Positions 36,482 to 48,376 of a stretch of DNA of 64,000 nucleotides are shown here, piece after piece. The DNA lies in contig JAADVB010000001.1 of assembly GCA_023334545.1 (NCBI GenBank), positions 62,001 through 126,000 of the forward strand, read 5' to 3'. The position numbers and the translations under genes were made by a program. The notes below the pieces were generated by a model. That model saw only the letters and a program-made list of their open reading frames with translations, did no database searches and was not told the DNA's origin. Numbering within the stretch: position 1 is the first letter of the stretch; each line of letters opens with the position of its first letter. The DNA comes from Salisapilia sapeloensis CBS 127946 (Eukaryota > Protista > Oomycota).

Positions 36482-38192
36482 TCAGCGCAAATACTCTCGT
36501 GGATGCAATGGTGCGTCCAAATCAATATACTCCTCTGGCTGCTCATCCTCGTTAGTTCTTACATTCATAAAAAAATAATAGTAAAATACATACGTCGGTT
36601 GTAAGTTGAGAATAGATGGAACGTTGCACGGAATGTGCTGACCCACCACGTGCTGGTTCAGTCGATATGTTTTCGTCATTCTGATGGCGACGAGCTGGAG
36701 CTGGCATAGGAGTATCTGTGCTACGACGAGCAACTCCAATAGGCATACTATCGTCTTCGCTGTCTGCATCCATCGTTTCTGATAGTCCGGACACATCCAC
36801 CCACGACGCCTCGTGCTTTCTACTAGGTTCCTTCGCCTCCTCTGGCGAGATTCCCATCGTCTCTCCATCCCATACTTCATCAAAGCTAAAGACATCGCCG
36901 ACTTCCTCCTCCAGTTGCCGTCTCCTCCGACGTCGCATCCATTTCTTCACAAACGGCATTAAAGCTCCAACTACACCTACAAAGACCAGTAGGAACGGCA
37001 GTTGCCATGCCAACGATGCTCCCTTCGGACCTTCCAATCCATCCAATAAACCATCGAGTCTCTCCTGCACACTAAACCGTTCAGTGGCAATCGCATTGCG
37101 CATCAATTCCTCATTCCATCGCTTCAGACGATCCAACTCTGCTGCATTTGAGCTAGCTACATCTTCTTTAAACCGATCTACGTCTAGACGAAATCGTTCC
37201 AACTCCCGCTCGACCTTGGCATTAAAGAACACTTGGTGCTCGCGTATCTGATCTAACTCACTCGCATATCGATGCAATTGTTGCTCCTGCTCAACCGTCA
37301 TACCGGTAGGAAACAAGGTGGACATTACATCCGACCAGCTGGTAAACGGGAAGAACAAAGTGACGACACCGGACACGATGACCACGAGTGCCGAGAAGCC
37401 AACGGACATGGCCCATCGACTTGCAGAAGCGGCATCACCAATGACTTCTCGTAACCACTTGTAGATAATCCCTTCTTCCTCTTCTGCGATGGGAACGGGA
37501 GGTTGGAAATCCATTGCGTCGATGCTGAACACGTCACTTGGCTGACGACTGTATCGCATGCGACGAAAGTAAGTCGCCGGACTTTCCTCGCCCTTGTCTG
37601 AACGCGATGGGGAGGATGGAGAAAAGTGGCGAGATAACTGAGAAGACATCTCTTGGCTTTCATCTACTAGCGTCGGCATATCGCTTGCTGCATGATCAGT
37701 GCGTTCGCTTGCTCGCCGTCGAGACTTGGGCTTGTCGCTATTAGCGCGACCGCGACGTTCCCGTCGGGTATTTTCACGCTGTCTGGAGGTACGAATAGAA
37801 TCAGCTTGCGTAGTCGTGCTTGACTGTGTGCGTCCAGACATGGCAACAGATCTAGAGTTAGTGGGTGATTTGGCTGCGGGCATACCCAGAACTCCACGCA
37901 CGCTCGACTCCTGCGGTCGACTATCCGGCTCCTCTCCCTGCTGCTCTAGCTTTCGGTCTCGAGCTAGAATCCATTGAAGCTGCTTATACGTTTCATGTCC
38001 AATTTCTGCTTCCAATAGTTCCTCTGTGACTTGTCCTTGGTTCCGCTGACGAATAGTCTGGACGGCGGCATGGGCCGTAGCGATGACTTTCCGGTCTCGC
38101 TCCGCCCGCCATTCATAAAACTCTTGCACGGGCTGTCTATTTCTCTTTGGGGAGTATCCACTAGCATTTGCTTGAGCAGGAGTACTCGTCAT
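36482..38192 (-). CDS. Hypothetical protein with long disordered N-terminus and two TM helices flanking a coiled coil
   Basis: ORF 36552-38333 (first ATG 38192); TM-like WAMSVGFSALVVIVSGVVTLFFPF and LPFLLVFVGVVGALMPFV; likely terminal intron near 36540-36592 giving the C-terminus ...EEYIDLDAPLHPREYLR*. Confidence 0.75.
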
Positions 38193-38441
38193 TGTCGTAT
38201 TCACTGTTATAGGTGCCCTACCGTCGCCTCGTCGGTGGCATGCACGAGCTCGTCGTACGTTTTTGCCGCCGATACATTTTTCCAGGACACGCTTCAGTGC
38301 TGTTATTTTAGTGAGATGGGTGATTTGTTCCAATCAGATGCCGAGTAGATATCTCATGTCCTCTCGCACAAAAAACGACCAAGTGGATGCTCATTTATCA
38401 CCTTGAGCTGCCACCTCCAAGCGCTTTGTCTGGAGATAGTC

Positions 38442-39509
38442 ATGGACTACTTGCAGCCTCCAGTGGAGACAGACGGGCCTCGAGAGCCACGCCTAGACGG
38501 GCCTTTTAACATTCGACCACATGACGAAAGCAAAGTGGCAGCAAATGCGCTGGCCAACATCTTTTCATTGACCGAGTCTTCCTTACCTTCGCCGTTGACT
38601 CCCCCATCGAAACCAAAGACACGTAAAGCGAAGAGCAGCAAGCTGAGTGTGCCAAAGTTCCTTTCGCTACTCTACCAAATTCTTCAGACGGAGAACGCCA
38701 ACTACATTCGTTGGTCACCCGACGGTCTCGCAGTCCAAATTCCCGACACAGAAAAAGTCGCGACGCATATTTTGCCAAAATACTTTAACCACACGAACTT
38801 CCACAGCTTCCAACGCCAACTCAACTACTTTGGCTTTCGAAAATGGACCAAATCGAAAGCAGAAATATGTACCTTTAGCCATCCATGCTTCCAGCGAGAT
38901 GAACCGTCTCTACTGCGTAAAATTAAGAGGAAGAAGGCACATCGGAAGCCTCTACAAGACACATCGGCGTCGAAAGGGTATAACGAAGAGTCGGGTGCGC
39001 TAAGTTTTATTCTCCCGCATGTTCCCAATGGGAAGCGAAGCCGATCGACAAACGATGACAGCAGACAAATGGAGCCTATGCATCTATTACATGCAGACCA
39101 TAGTGGTGATCCCGGTCTTTCAGATGGAGTGGGTTCAACAAGTGCTGAACGACGAGGCAGTGACTCCTCCAGCTCTTCCCACGCCGGGGCAAAGTACCAG
39201 AGGATAGCTCCCATCCTTGCCAGCGATACCTCTAGACCGACGGATGATCCAGTGGATCTGTTGCTACACATTCGACAGAGCCACGATCCATCGAGCGACG
39301 CTTCCAGTGGCAGTCTGGACCCCGGATTGAATAACGCGGACCATCTCCAGGACTATATCGAGCATCATAAAGCCTACTCTAGTGGATTAGAGACACAATT
39401 ACGTAGTGTCCGTGACGAGAATGCGCGTTTAAAAGCTCAGGTGGAGCGTCTGCTACATCAACGTGATGTCTTGGCGCAAGAGAATGCTGTTCTTAGCAAG
39501 AAGCTGTAA
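38442..39509 (+). CDS. HSF-type DNA-binding transcription factor
   Basis: PKFLSLLYQIL...IRWSPDG...ILPKYFNHTNFHSFQRQLNYFGFRKW HSF DBD; C-terminal coiled coil. Confidence 0.92.
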   Translation: MDYLQPPVETDGPREPRLDGPFNIRPHDESKVAANALANIFSLTESSLPSPLTPPSKPKTRKAKSSKLSVPKFLSLLYQILQTENANYIRWSPDGLAVQIPDTEKVATHILPKYFNHTNFHSFQRQLNYFGFRKWTKSKAEICTFSHPCFQRDEPSLLRKIKRKKAHRKPLQDTSASKGYNEESGALSFILPHVPNGKRSRSTNDDSRQMEPMHLLHADHSGDPGLSDGVGSTSAERRGSDSSSSSHAGAKYQRIAPILASDTSRPTDDPVDLLLHIRQSHDPSSDASSGSLDPGLNNADHLQDYIEHHKAYSSGLETQLRSVRDENARLKAQVERLLHQRDVLAQENAVLSKKL

Positions 39510-39579
39510 GGTGCGAAGTGGATGGAGGTTTGTGTACGAGTTGTGGAATACAAAAAGAAGGTAATTTTGGAACGTCAGT

Positions 39580-41166
39580 CTAGTGTTTGCATTGTCCTGG
39601 GAAACGAGGGAGTGGAATCGCATCTCGAATGTTCTCCATGCCAGTGGCAAAGAGGACCAGGCGTTCAAAGCCAAGACCCCATCCGGCATGCGGGACCGTG
39701 CCAAAGCGTCTCAAGTCCAAATACCACTGCATTCCGCTTGCGTCCTCTTCTCCTAGCAACCCCTGTCGCTTCATCGTAGCCTCTAGAACGTCGTACCTTT
39801 CTTCTCGCACGCTACCACCGACCAGTTCTCCAATCTTTGGCACGAGTAAGTCCATCCCAGCCACGGTCTCTCGTCCCTTTTCATCCGGATCATTCCGACG
39901 CATGTAAAACGCCTTGATATCAGCCGGATAGTCCGTCACGAACACTGGCGCTTGGACATACTTTTCAGCCAAGTATCGTTCATGCTCCGTCTGGAGATCC
40001 ATGCCCCATTCTGGCTGTTTCTCAAACACCACGTTTGCTTTCTGTAGCACCTCAATAGCTTTGGTGTACGTCATATGAGCAAACTCATGTGATTGAACAT
40101 TTGCCAATCGAGCATCAAGTTCCTTATCATAGTTTTTCGCGAAAAACTCTAAATCTTCACTGCATCGTTCTTGAAGGTGTTGAATCGAGTGTTGGACAGC
40201 TCCTTGAGCAGTTTCAATACACTCGTCCAAGCCGGCAAACGCCATCTCCGGTTCGACCATCCAGAACTCGGCTAAATGACGAGTGGTGTTACTGTTTTCA
40301 GCTCGGAAGGTCGGACCGAAAGTATACACGTTGCCCATGCTGCAAGCATACATCTCTCCATGCAACTGGCCAGAGACAGTGAGGAATGTCGGTACGTTAA
40401 AAAACTCTTCTTTTCCATCTATCGTGCGGGTTAGATAAATGAAAGGTAGCAATGTAGATGCTGCCATACCTGGCTTTGCAATCCGGAACATTTCTCCTGC
40501 ACCTTCACAGTCGTTGGATGTCAAGATGGGACTGTGCAAGTGGAGAAAGTCGTTGCCTTGAAAGTACGAGTGGATGCCATGACTAGATCATGTGGTTACG
40601 GTCTTGATCATGAGAAAGTGAGAGAAGATGGGATACCTGAGAGCATTGCGAACGCGAGTGACAGCTCCAATCGTGTTCGTGCGTGGTCGCAAATGGAGGT
40701 TCTCACGCAAGAACTCGAGGGACTGGTACTTCTTCTGGAACGGATAGGCGTCCATATCACACTTGCCAGTGATCTCCAGTGCGTCAGGATGTAGCTCCAA
40801 GCGCTTTTGCTTGCCAGGGACTTGCTTTAAGACACCTTTGGCAAAGACGCTAGAGCCAACCGTAAAGTCAGCAACGTCGACATTCAACGACGATGGAGCA
40901 TCTGAAGCGTCCGTGTTTGGCAATGTAATTTGCATCTCTGCGAGACACGATCCATCGTTCACATTGACAAAATTGACCGATTTGTGCTTCCGGACGGACT
41001 TGACCCATCCACCAACCTCGACATGATCGCCATCCTGCAACTTTCGTGCATCTTTAATGCTACTCCGATTCTTAAACGATAGATCCGTTGTAGTTGTAAA
41101 GCTGGACGACTGCACTGCCCGACGGTACGACCGCTGCAGTCCTCGACCAGCAATCCAAGCCGACAT
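39580..41166 (-). CDS. NARS2: Asparaginyl-tRNA synthetase, mitochondrial/bacterial type
   Basis: OB-fold [17 protein letters not shown]; HLRPRTN; [16 protein letters not shown]; [10 protein letters not shown]; [21 protein letters not shown]; [21 protein letters not shown]; R-rich presequence-like N-terminus. Confidence 0.95.
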
Positions 41167-41579
41167 CCTTTTCGTGTCCGTAATTCATGTCCGCGCTTCA
41201 TTTTTATCCAATCAACCAGATTTTTCAAAATTTCCACCAATATATTTTTACTTTCATTGTCCCAGATTATCTTCTTTCGTCTACTGCTTCAAGCACTTAG
41301 CAACACGACCTCGGAAGGAGGAAGAAGGGAGTTACTCGACCTCGTCGACGCCTTGCTTCGAACCTCTACGTGGATATTCCAGACTACTATAACGTCGTAC
41401 ACGTTGTTAAAAACAACCAATAGCCGCACGCATTCTTGTCACATACAAATTGCAAGTCTAATTCCGAAAGACTTCCTTTTAGCCAACCGAAAATTCATAA
41501 ACGAGAGCAGTACTCACGTCAGTCGAGATTTCACCCACAAGGCCTCACGTGGTGCTCCTGTTGATACGAGATAGCAGCC

Positions 41580-42995
41580 ATGGAACTTGCAGAGCCGGTC
41601 AGTACGAAGGACGAAGAGATTGATGAAGTCATGGAGTTCTTGACGTTCAGTGTCAAGCCATCGTCGACCTTCACAGGCACTATCCTTTTCAATTTCAGAG
41701 ACGACGGGAATGCCGGAAATGCATCGACCTATGCCGTCAAAGTCGCCAAGAACAGAGGTACTACGATTCATTGCAATGCACAACTTTCCAAAAGTTTTAA
41801 TGGTATACGCACAGATGTGACGACCAAGAAGAATGCATCGAGCCAAGAAGTGGATGCTGCTGCCGAGGTTACCATTTCCGTGGACGATTTTCTCTGGATT
41901 TACTCTGGCAAAGCTTCCAGCAGTGACATTCTCAAGCTATTTTACGCTGGTCGCCTATCCGTTGGCGGTTGGGCTTTTCGAAAAGTATCCGCCTTTGCCC
42001 AAAGCTTTGATTTTTCATCCGAAACGTGGCGTAATTTCTACCTCTGGAGGGACAATCAGGACACGATCGCGTCTTTAGATGGTCCAAATCGGATAGAAAC
42101 GCCACCGCGTGACTATTACGTCTTTTGCTGCCGATCGATCCTCGAGCGGTGCAACGTCCCAAAGCTCCAACGGATGCAATGGGAGATTTCCCTCGGTAGT
42201 CTCTTCGGCGGGTCCTACACCAAAATGCTGCTATCTAGTCCTTCCGCAGCACCCATTACGATTCCAAATGAAGAGCTGAAGAATTTGTCTGATCAGCTAG
42301 CAAACGTCCTGGGCTCTCCGTCCTGGTACGCTCTCAGTCAGTCGAAAATGAAAGACCGACCGACGTTGGCGACGTCTTCCCACGCGTATATTCATCCTAT
42401 TGAGCTCAATACATCAGTAGCTAGTGAATACAGTCGAGCCTTGGCAGTGCATCGAGATGCCAACGTCGCTACTCAGGTCTTCGCCTTTTTCGACGAACAG
42501 TACGTAGAGGATGTCCGTGCGAGCGCAAAGGAGCGATATTCGACTCGGTTCTCAGGAAGTAAGAATCGTCTAGATTTAGGCGAAGCAGGTCGAGAGCAAT
42601 TAGATCGACTCGTACAGATCGTAGGCGTCGGTGGGCACACGAACGACAAGCGAAACAACAAAAGTAAGTACATTCCAGCACCAGAGATGCTGCTCCGAGA
42701 ATTCCGGATGAGTGCTACGGCTGTGATGGAAAAGGTGCGGGATACAGCGCGCGGACGACCGGCGTTGAATAAGATTCCGCCTCCAAGCGTCGACTTCCTC
42801 GCGCAGCCGAGCACCGAGGCGCATTGGCGGAGTCCAGTCGACACGTCTGCTCTGCCTCGACGTCGGCGTCGACGAGATTTGCAGCTCCATAAGCAAAAGC
42901 TCAAGGCGAAGGTATCTTCCCTGTCTCGAGAACTGGCGACACGCCCGGTTGCGACGAATGTTGATGAAACGCTCGCATTTTCCGATTACCTGTAG
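41580..42995 (+). CDS. Hypothetical protein (471 aa) with possible N-terminal SCP2-like lipid-binding fold
   Basis: FTGTILFNF...AEVTISVDDFLWIYSGKASSSDILKLFYAGRLSVGG resembles the SCP2 C-terminal consensus (by eye). Confidence 0.7.
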   Translation: MELAEPVSTKDEEIDEVMEFLTFSVKPSSTFTGTILFNFRDDGNAGNASTYAVKVAKNRGTTIHCNAQLSKSFNGIRTDVTTKKNASSQEVDAAAEVTISVDDFLWIYSGKASSSDILKLFYAGRLSVGGWAFRKVSAFAQSFDFSSETWRNFYLWRDNQDTIASLDGPNRIETPPRDYYVFCCRSILERCNVPKLQRMQWEISLGSLFGGSYTKMLLSSPSAAPITIPNEELKNLSDQLANVLGSPSWYALSQSKMKDRPTLATSSHAYIHPIELNTSVASEYSRALAVHRDANVATQVFAFFDEQYVEDVRASAKERYSTRFSGSKNRLDLGEAGREQLDRLVQIVGVGGHTNDKRNNKSKYIPAPEMLLREFRMSATAVMEKVRDTARGRPALNKIPPPSVDFLAQPSTEAHWRSPVDTSALPRRRRRRDLQLHKQKLKAKVSSLSRELATRPVATNVDETLAFSDYL

Positions 42996-44322
42996 TCAGC
43001 GCTTCGTAGTAAGTAGTCCAGTTTCTTTATAAACTAATATATCACATGAATGGTCTCGTGATTGTCTGCATAGCTGGTACAAGTGGACTCATACGCAGTC
43101 TAGACGAAGTCTCCGTTGGTCATGTACCTACCACTGATGGTGGTAAGACGCATTGATGATGTGGAAATGTAGCCTTTGTGTTCTTTCGAGACGAAGAGTT
43201 AGTCAAGTAGAGAAACATGATTGAAAACATAGCACGCGATTATAGGAGATGGGCAGTGCAAAAGTAAGCTCGATCGATCATCGATCGTCAACCGAGTCAA
43301 CGCAACGATGGGCAGACTCAGCTGCTCATCTAGCTTTGTTTTACAAGCGCCGAAAATTTGCTGTCCACGTCACGAGATGGTTTGAAATATGTTGGAGGAT
43401 GAGCAGATTCAGCGGGCAATATCAGGACAAAGCTTTAGACTGAACAGTGATATTGGTAACTTGGGCCGGTGTCCTGTGCATGACTCGGACTTTATCTGTA
43501 CAGGTCGAGTCGACACTTTACATCAGACGACTGTTTTAATGTGTCGAACAAGATAGATTGGAACGTTAGACGATGTGGATGCTCCGTTCATTCCAAATCT
43601 ATGACAGATACGCTCTATGCTGATCTTTACAAAAACGTCGACGTTTGGACTAAAGTGGAGCGTCTTGTACGAGCAGGCATAAAGCGGGTGATGACCTTTC
43701 GATGATGGAGTATGTGAAACTCGGAACTTGAAAGGTTGCGTCACGTGGCAAGCGTCTGTCGAATCTGAACCCAGCATGGATTTTGCTAGGCGACGCCTTC
43801 AAGTCGTAACGAAAGAACGGCAGATGCAACGTGTCCAGCGAGCAGGGCTAGCAGCATAGTTCTTGAAGCTACTCCTCTATCCTAGACCACCTCACGAGGT
43901 TGCGGAAGATCAGCAGATAGACGCAACCTCAACATCTTGCCCATTACACTCTGGCATGGACGCCCCATCTCCACTGCAGCTTCCCGTCGTCGAGTACGAT
44001 CGACACGTGATTTGCCATCGGAGCGAAACAAAACTTTGCACACGTATCACGTTCATGTGCCACGAAAGAAGGTGGCGCAGTGGAAATAGGTATACTATCA
44101 AGTACAATAGCTCAGTCACGGAATACGAAATTTCTATGGAAATGCAAGTTTTCGAGCGCCAGGTGACGTACCCAAGGTTACAAATGAGCTACTGACGTAA
44201 GCAGCGGGAAGTAGACGGACAGATGGCCTGTGGTTTTCGTTTGAAGGTGGCTAACCATAGAGTCAGTGAAGGCCGCCGATTTATGACCGAGTCCACGTTG
44301 GCACAGTATCTAATTGGAAGGC

Positions 44323-45775
44323 ATGGGCGGATGTTCCTCGAAAACAGAGTCCAGTGCTGGTAGGGAGCAGCCCTATGCGGCCCATCGACAAGAAGAACAG
44401 CGGCCACCGCGACGGCCGGAAGACAAGCCGCATCAGCGAACGGATCGCGAGCGTGAGAATGGGAGACACCGGAGGAGACAAAAGGAAGAAGAACTGAATA
44501 ACAATGGAAATGGGCAGCGACGCGTGCAGGAAGGTAATAACCATCGTCGCGAACAGGACGGCAATGGCCAGCGACGAGCGAAGGAGAATGGACATCACAA
44601 CGACCGAAAGAATCGGGAGCAGCGTCAGCAAAGCGGGGACCGAACAACGAGAGACACGGTAGACTTCCAAGAGTTCAAAGACGATGAACGGAGTGTGGTC
44701 GAGACCATGCTCGCGAACAACCGTGGCTTACGGATGGCTGAAATCAACTTTAAGGAATTAAAGCTGGAAAAGGTTATCGGAGCCGGTGCATTTGGAGAAG
44801 TGATTAAAGGAACGTACTGCGGTACACCTGTCGTCGTCAAACGTATGTTACGGAACAAGATTAACGAGGACAATCTGAGCATGTTTAGCGACGAAATTCA
44901 GCTCATGATGAACCTCCGCCACCCGAACGTCGTCCAGTTCATCGGAGCTTCCTGGAACTCCTACTCCAACATGTATATCCTCTATAATTTTCTTTTCATG
45001 CTCGTATTAAGCCTTGTACTAGTTGCTTCGTAACGGAGTTTTTGGAAAGAGGTGATCTCTTTGGTATTTTGCGCAAGCCAGAATATCGCTTGACATGGGA
45101 GAAACCAATGCTGCGCATGACCATCGACACAGCTCGTGGTATGGCGTATTTGCACAGTATGCGACCTCCGATCATCCATCGCGACCTTAAATCCATGAAC
45201 ATTCTCGTCAGCTCCACATGGACGGTCAAAGTCAGTGACTTTGGACTTAGTCGAGAAAAGTCCGTGGATGAGACCATGAGTGTTACTGGCACACCGCTCT
45301 GGCTACCCCCAGAGATGATCCGAGGCGAACGCTATACGGAGAAAGCAGACGGTAGGATCTTTGTCTATTTTAGTATTATGCGTGGTACTCATGCCAGATT
45401 CTGTTAGTGTACTCGTTCGGTATCGTCCTATCAGAAATGGATACGAGGAAGATACCGTACCACGACGTGAAGGCTCGTGGAGCACGTAACAAGCGCGTGT
45501 CAGGAAGTGCTCTCATGAATATGGTGGCGTATGAAAACCTTCGCCCTTCACTTAGTCCCAATTGTATGGACAGTATTCGAGACCTCTACGTTCGTTGTAC
45601 TGCAGATGATCAATCGAAGCGCCCAACGTTTGAATCGATTGTCGAGTTTTTGGACACGACGGTACGTCAAGAGACCAAGACGAGAGCGAATGAGCAGGTC
45701 GAGATGCAGCCTGGCAATGGTGTCAGCCCGGAGGAACTTGGTGTCCACCACGCCGTGAAATACACAGATGACTAG
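44323..45775 (+). CDS. Tyrosine-kinase-like (TKL) Ser/Thr protein kinase with MGGC N-terminus (3 coding exons)
   Basis: IGAGAFGEV, VVVK, HPNVVQFIG, IIHRDLKSMN, VSDFGLS, GTPLWLPPEM, D|VYSFGIV. Confidence 0.93.
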
Positions 45776-46617
45776 ATGCTATGCCCAGTCGTGACTATGA
45801 TACGATCTCGAACTTTACCTTTTTACCTTTTCAACTGGAGCTGTTGGAAGGATTTCTTAGTTGTGAATATGTCAAACATGAAACTTTTGACACCGGTAAT
45901 TCTTGTGAATGGAGCGTGCGTATCAATTACAGTCGTGACGGAAGGGTGCGTGACGGGGATATCTGTAAATGGAGCTTCACTAGATTATACAGATAAGAAT
46001 GATAAAAATGTTGCGATAAGAAGCATGCACGCATGGTACTGAAGGATGTAGAGATATGAAAAACTGTTATTTACGATTGAGTGGGTGATGTGATCTGTTC
46101 TACAAGCGCAAATGGTTCGCATATTGGGCAATAGCTTAATGCGCAACATTCTTAGAGGTAATCTAGCGACAAGTTGATAGGCAAAATGTTTTTATAGAGG
46201 TGGTTTAGCTTTAATTTAACTTGTTTCCGATCCCGTCCATATAAGCACCTTAGCGCACATGTAAAGTTTCATGTAGAGATGCATTGGCTACTACAAGTTA
46301 CTCGGGTACATGTAAATTTTTCCAATCAAATGCGTTTTTAATAATCCCATTTTAGATCTATCCAGGACTTACACCAGAGTAAGCGCGGTTGGCACTGCTG
46401 AGATACTCCCATGGAGGACACTAGATGACCATTATAGCAAGGACTAATAGAAAGACAATCGAGTAAAAATAAAGATAGTCACAGTTTGTGCTATTCCCTC
46501 CATTGTGCCTTGTGCGTCGGGTTAGCACCGAATATCGAGGATGTCGGCACAGCAATAAGATGTCGAGGCTTATGTCAATCTTACAATATCCGGGAGCTGA
46601 GTACTTCTATTTGAACG

Positions 46618-47589
46618 ATGAGGACATTAATCATGATTCGACTTGCTGTGGTGTTCACTTGGGCATCGATTTACAACCTAAAGCACAGAGTGTACGGATG
46701 GACCTACAAGCGCCAACAAGACTTTTCAGATTTCCGCGTTGTGAATGGAACAAAAGTTGATGTACCGCCTCGAGCGGAGAACCGTATTGCTTTAGGTGAA
46801 GATGCTAATCTTTTAAAAGACGCTCCGTTCATGGTCGGCTTGCGTCGAACGATGGGCGGCGAAAATTTCTGTGGAGGAGCATTGATTTCTAGCAGACATG
46901 TCCTCAGTGCGGCTCATTGTAACTTTAAAAGCATTGCAGATGCAAAGGGGAATGTCCGTTGGACGGTGCCCGAACCAGAGCTTTACGCGTCGATTGGGTC
47001 AGTGTATTTGAAGGGCGAAGATGATGGTGAACGTATTAAAGTGACGAGCAGATTTCTTCATCCTCGTTACAAGAAGCACTCCTTTAGCTACGATGCAATC
47101 ATATTCGAGCTCGAAAACGAAGTGAATATAAAGTATCAGCACTATGCAGATTACAGCATGGAAGGCTTAACTTTTAACAAAATCCGCTGGAAATCTACGG
47201 ATGAAGCTCAACTTTTTGGATGGGGAAATGTCAATACATTCCGGAAGATTCATAAGAGCAGAGATCTACCTCAGCATTTTCCAGACAAGCTCCAGAAAGC
47301 GAGCTTAAGGTTGATGCCACGGATGTATTGTCAACTGCGATATCTGATTATCGCTCGCTCCGACTTGCTATGTGCTGGATATCACGGAATACTTCGAAGT
47401 CCTGATCCAACACCAACAGCTTGTGCTGGCGACTCTGGCTCGCCACTTGTGTATGAGGGTAAGATAATCGGAGTCATGGCGTGGGGAGAAGGCAAGTCCT
47501 GCGGATATCGCCCAGCAGGATTTTTGAATGTAGCAAGGATTGAAAATTGGATCGATAGCATTCTTAGGCAGAGAGGGGAACTGAATTGA
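46618..47589 (+). CDS. Secreted S1 (chymotrypsin/trypsin-fold) serine protease, catalytic triad intact
   Basis: Hydrophobic N-terminus; activation-like R|IALG; FCGGALIS..VLSAAHC (His57), YDAIIFEL (Asp102), CAGDSGSPL (Ser195); six conserved Cys. Confidence 0.93.
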   Translation: MRTLIMIRLAVVFTWASIYNLKHRVYGWTYKRQQDFSDFRVVNGTKVDVPPRAENRIALGEDANLLKDAPFMVGLRRTMGGENFCGGALISSRHVLSAAHCNFKSIADAKGNVRWTVPEPELYASIGSVYLKGEDDGERIKVTSRFLHPRYKKHSFSYDAIIFELENEVNIKYQHYADYSMEGLTFNKIRWKSTDEAQLFGWGNVNTFRKIHKSRDLPQHFPDKLQKASLRLMPRMYCQLRYLIIARSDLLCAGYHGILRSPDPTPTACAGDSGSPLVYEGKIIGVMAWGEGKSCGYRPAGFLNVARIENWIDSILRQRGELN

Positions 47590-48376
47590 GAGCCATTTCA
47601 GTACACATCTCAAATCTTGGTTTGGTTGATTGCTATAGATATGAACGCCAGTTGTATTGCCGCGAACAAAGCTAGCTGTACGAAACGAAACCAATTAAAT
47701 AGAAGCACGAACAGAAATAGATATGATGGGCATCGCATTAAAAATTAAAATTTAATAAAGTTAGGCTGAACTGTGCATCCGACCAGTATTCTTCGCTGCC
47801 AACTATACTCATGAGCGTGGCTGTCGTGGCCCCACAACCTTAAAATTTGCCGTTCAGAGTTACTGAATGCTGTGGGTATCAAAGACAATTGCGAAGGAAA
47901 TAGCATCTGAAAGACAAATCCAGGTCTCTACCTTATGAAGCGACATAAACCCAAAGCTCTCGATATTTACAGCGTGATTTGTTCCATAAGAAGTACCGCT
48001 TGTGTGCAAAGCTAAAAATCAACTAGCAAATTCCGTTTTTAAAATAAAAATAAAAACTTGTTGATTCATATATCAAGTGGACTAATGGAAAATGTTGCTA
48101 AGCGATTCACGTCTACCAGGGATCACACATTCGATGTACTTTGAGCCTACGTCATAATCGATCGACAACTAAAAGCCACTGATGCGATCCGGCACTTGAT
48201 ATTTCAGCTGTATAAGTTGAGGGCTGAAAGGTTGTCAAGTCGCTAATTCAATCGCTTTCTTCATACTTTACCTGCGATAAGATGAGGATCGATACCGGAG
48301 ATAAACATGTAGCGATAAATAGCCTTAAAGGCAGCACTTTCAAAACTGCACAAGATCAAGTGCATTCGTTTCGACC

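Noticed and set aside
43000-44195. Possible spliced micro-gene in the 1.3-kb gap upstream of the kinase (GT/AG-like signals at ~43264, ~43455-43503)
   Set aside because: No splice combination I tried gave a sustained open frame; left as intergenic.
45776-46042. 88-aa ORF with VNGA repeats just upstream of the proteases, considered as a third protease remnant
   Set aside because: No catalytic or Cys motifs; similarity to the VVNGT segment is too weak.
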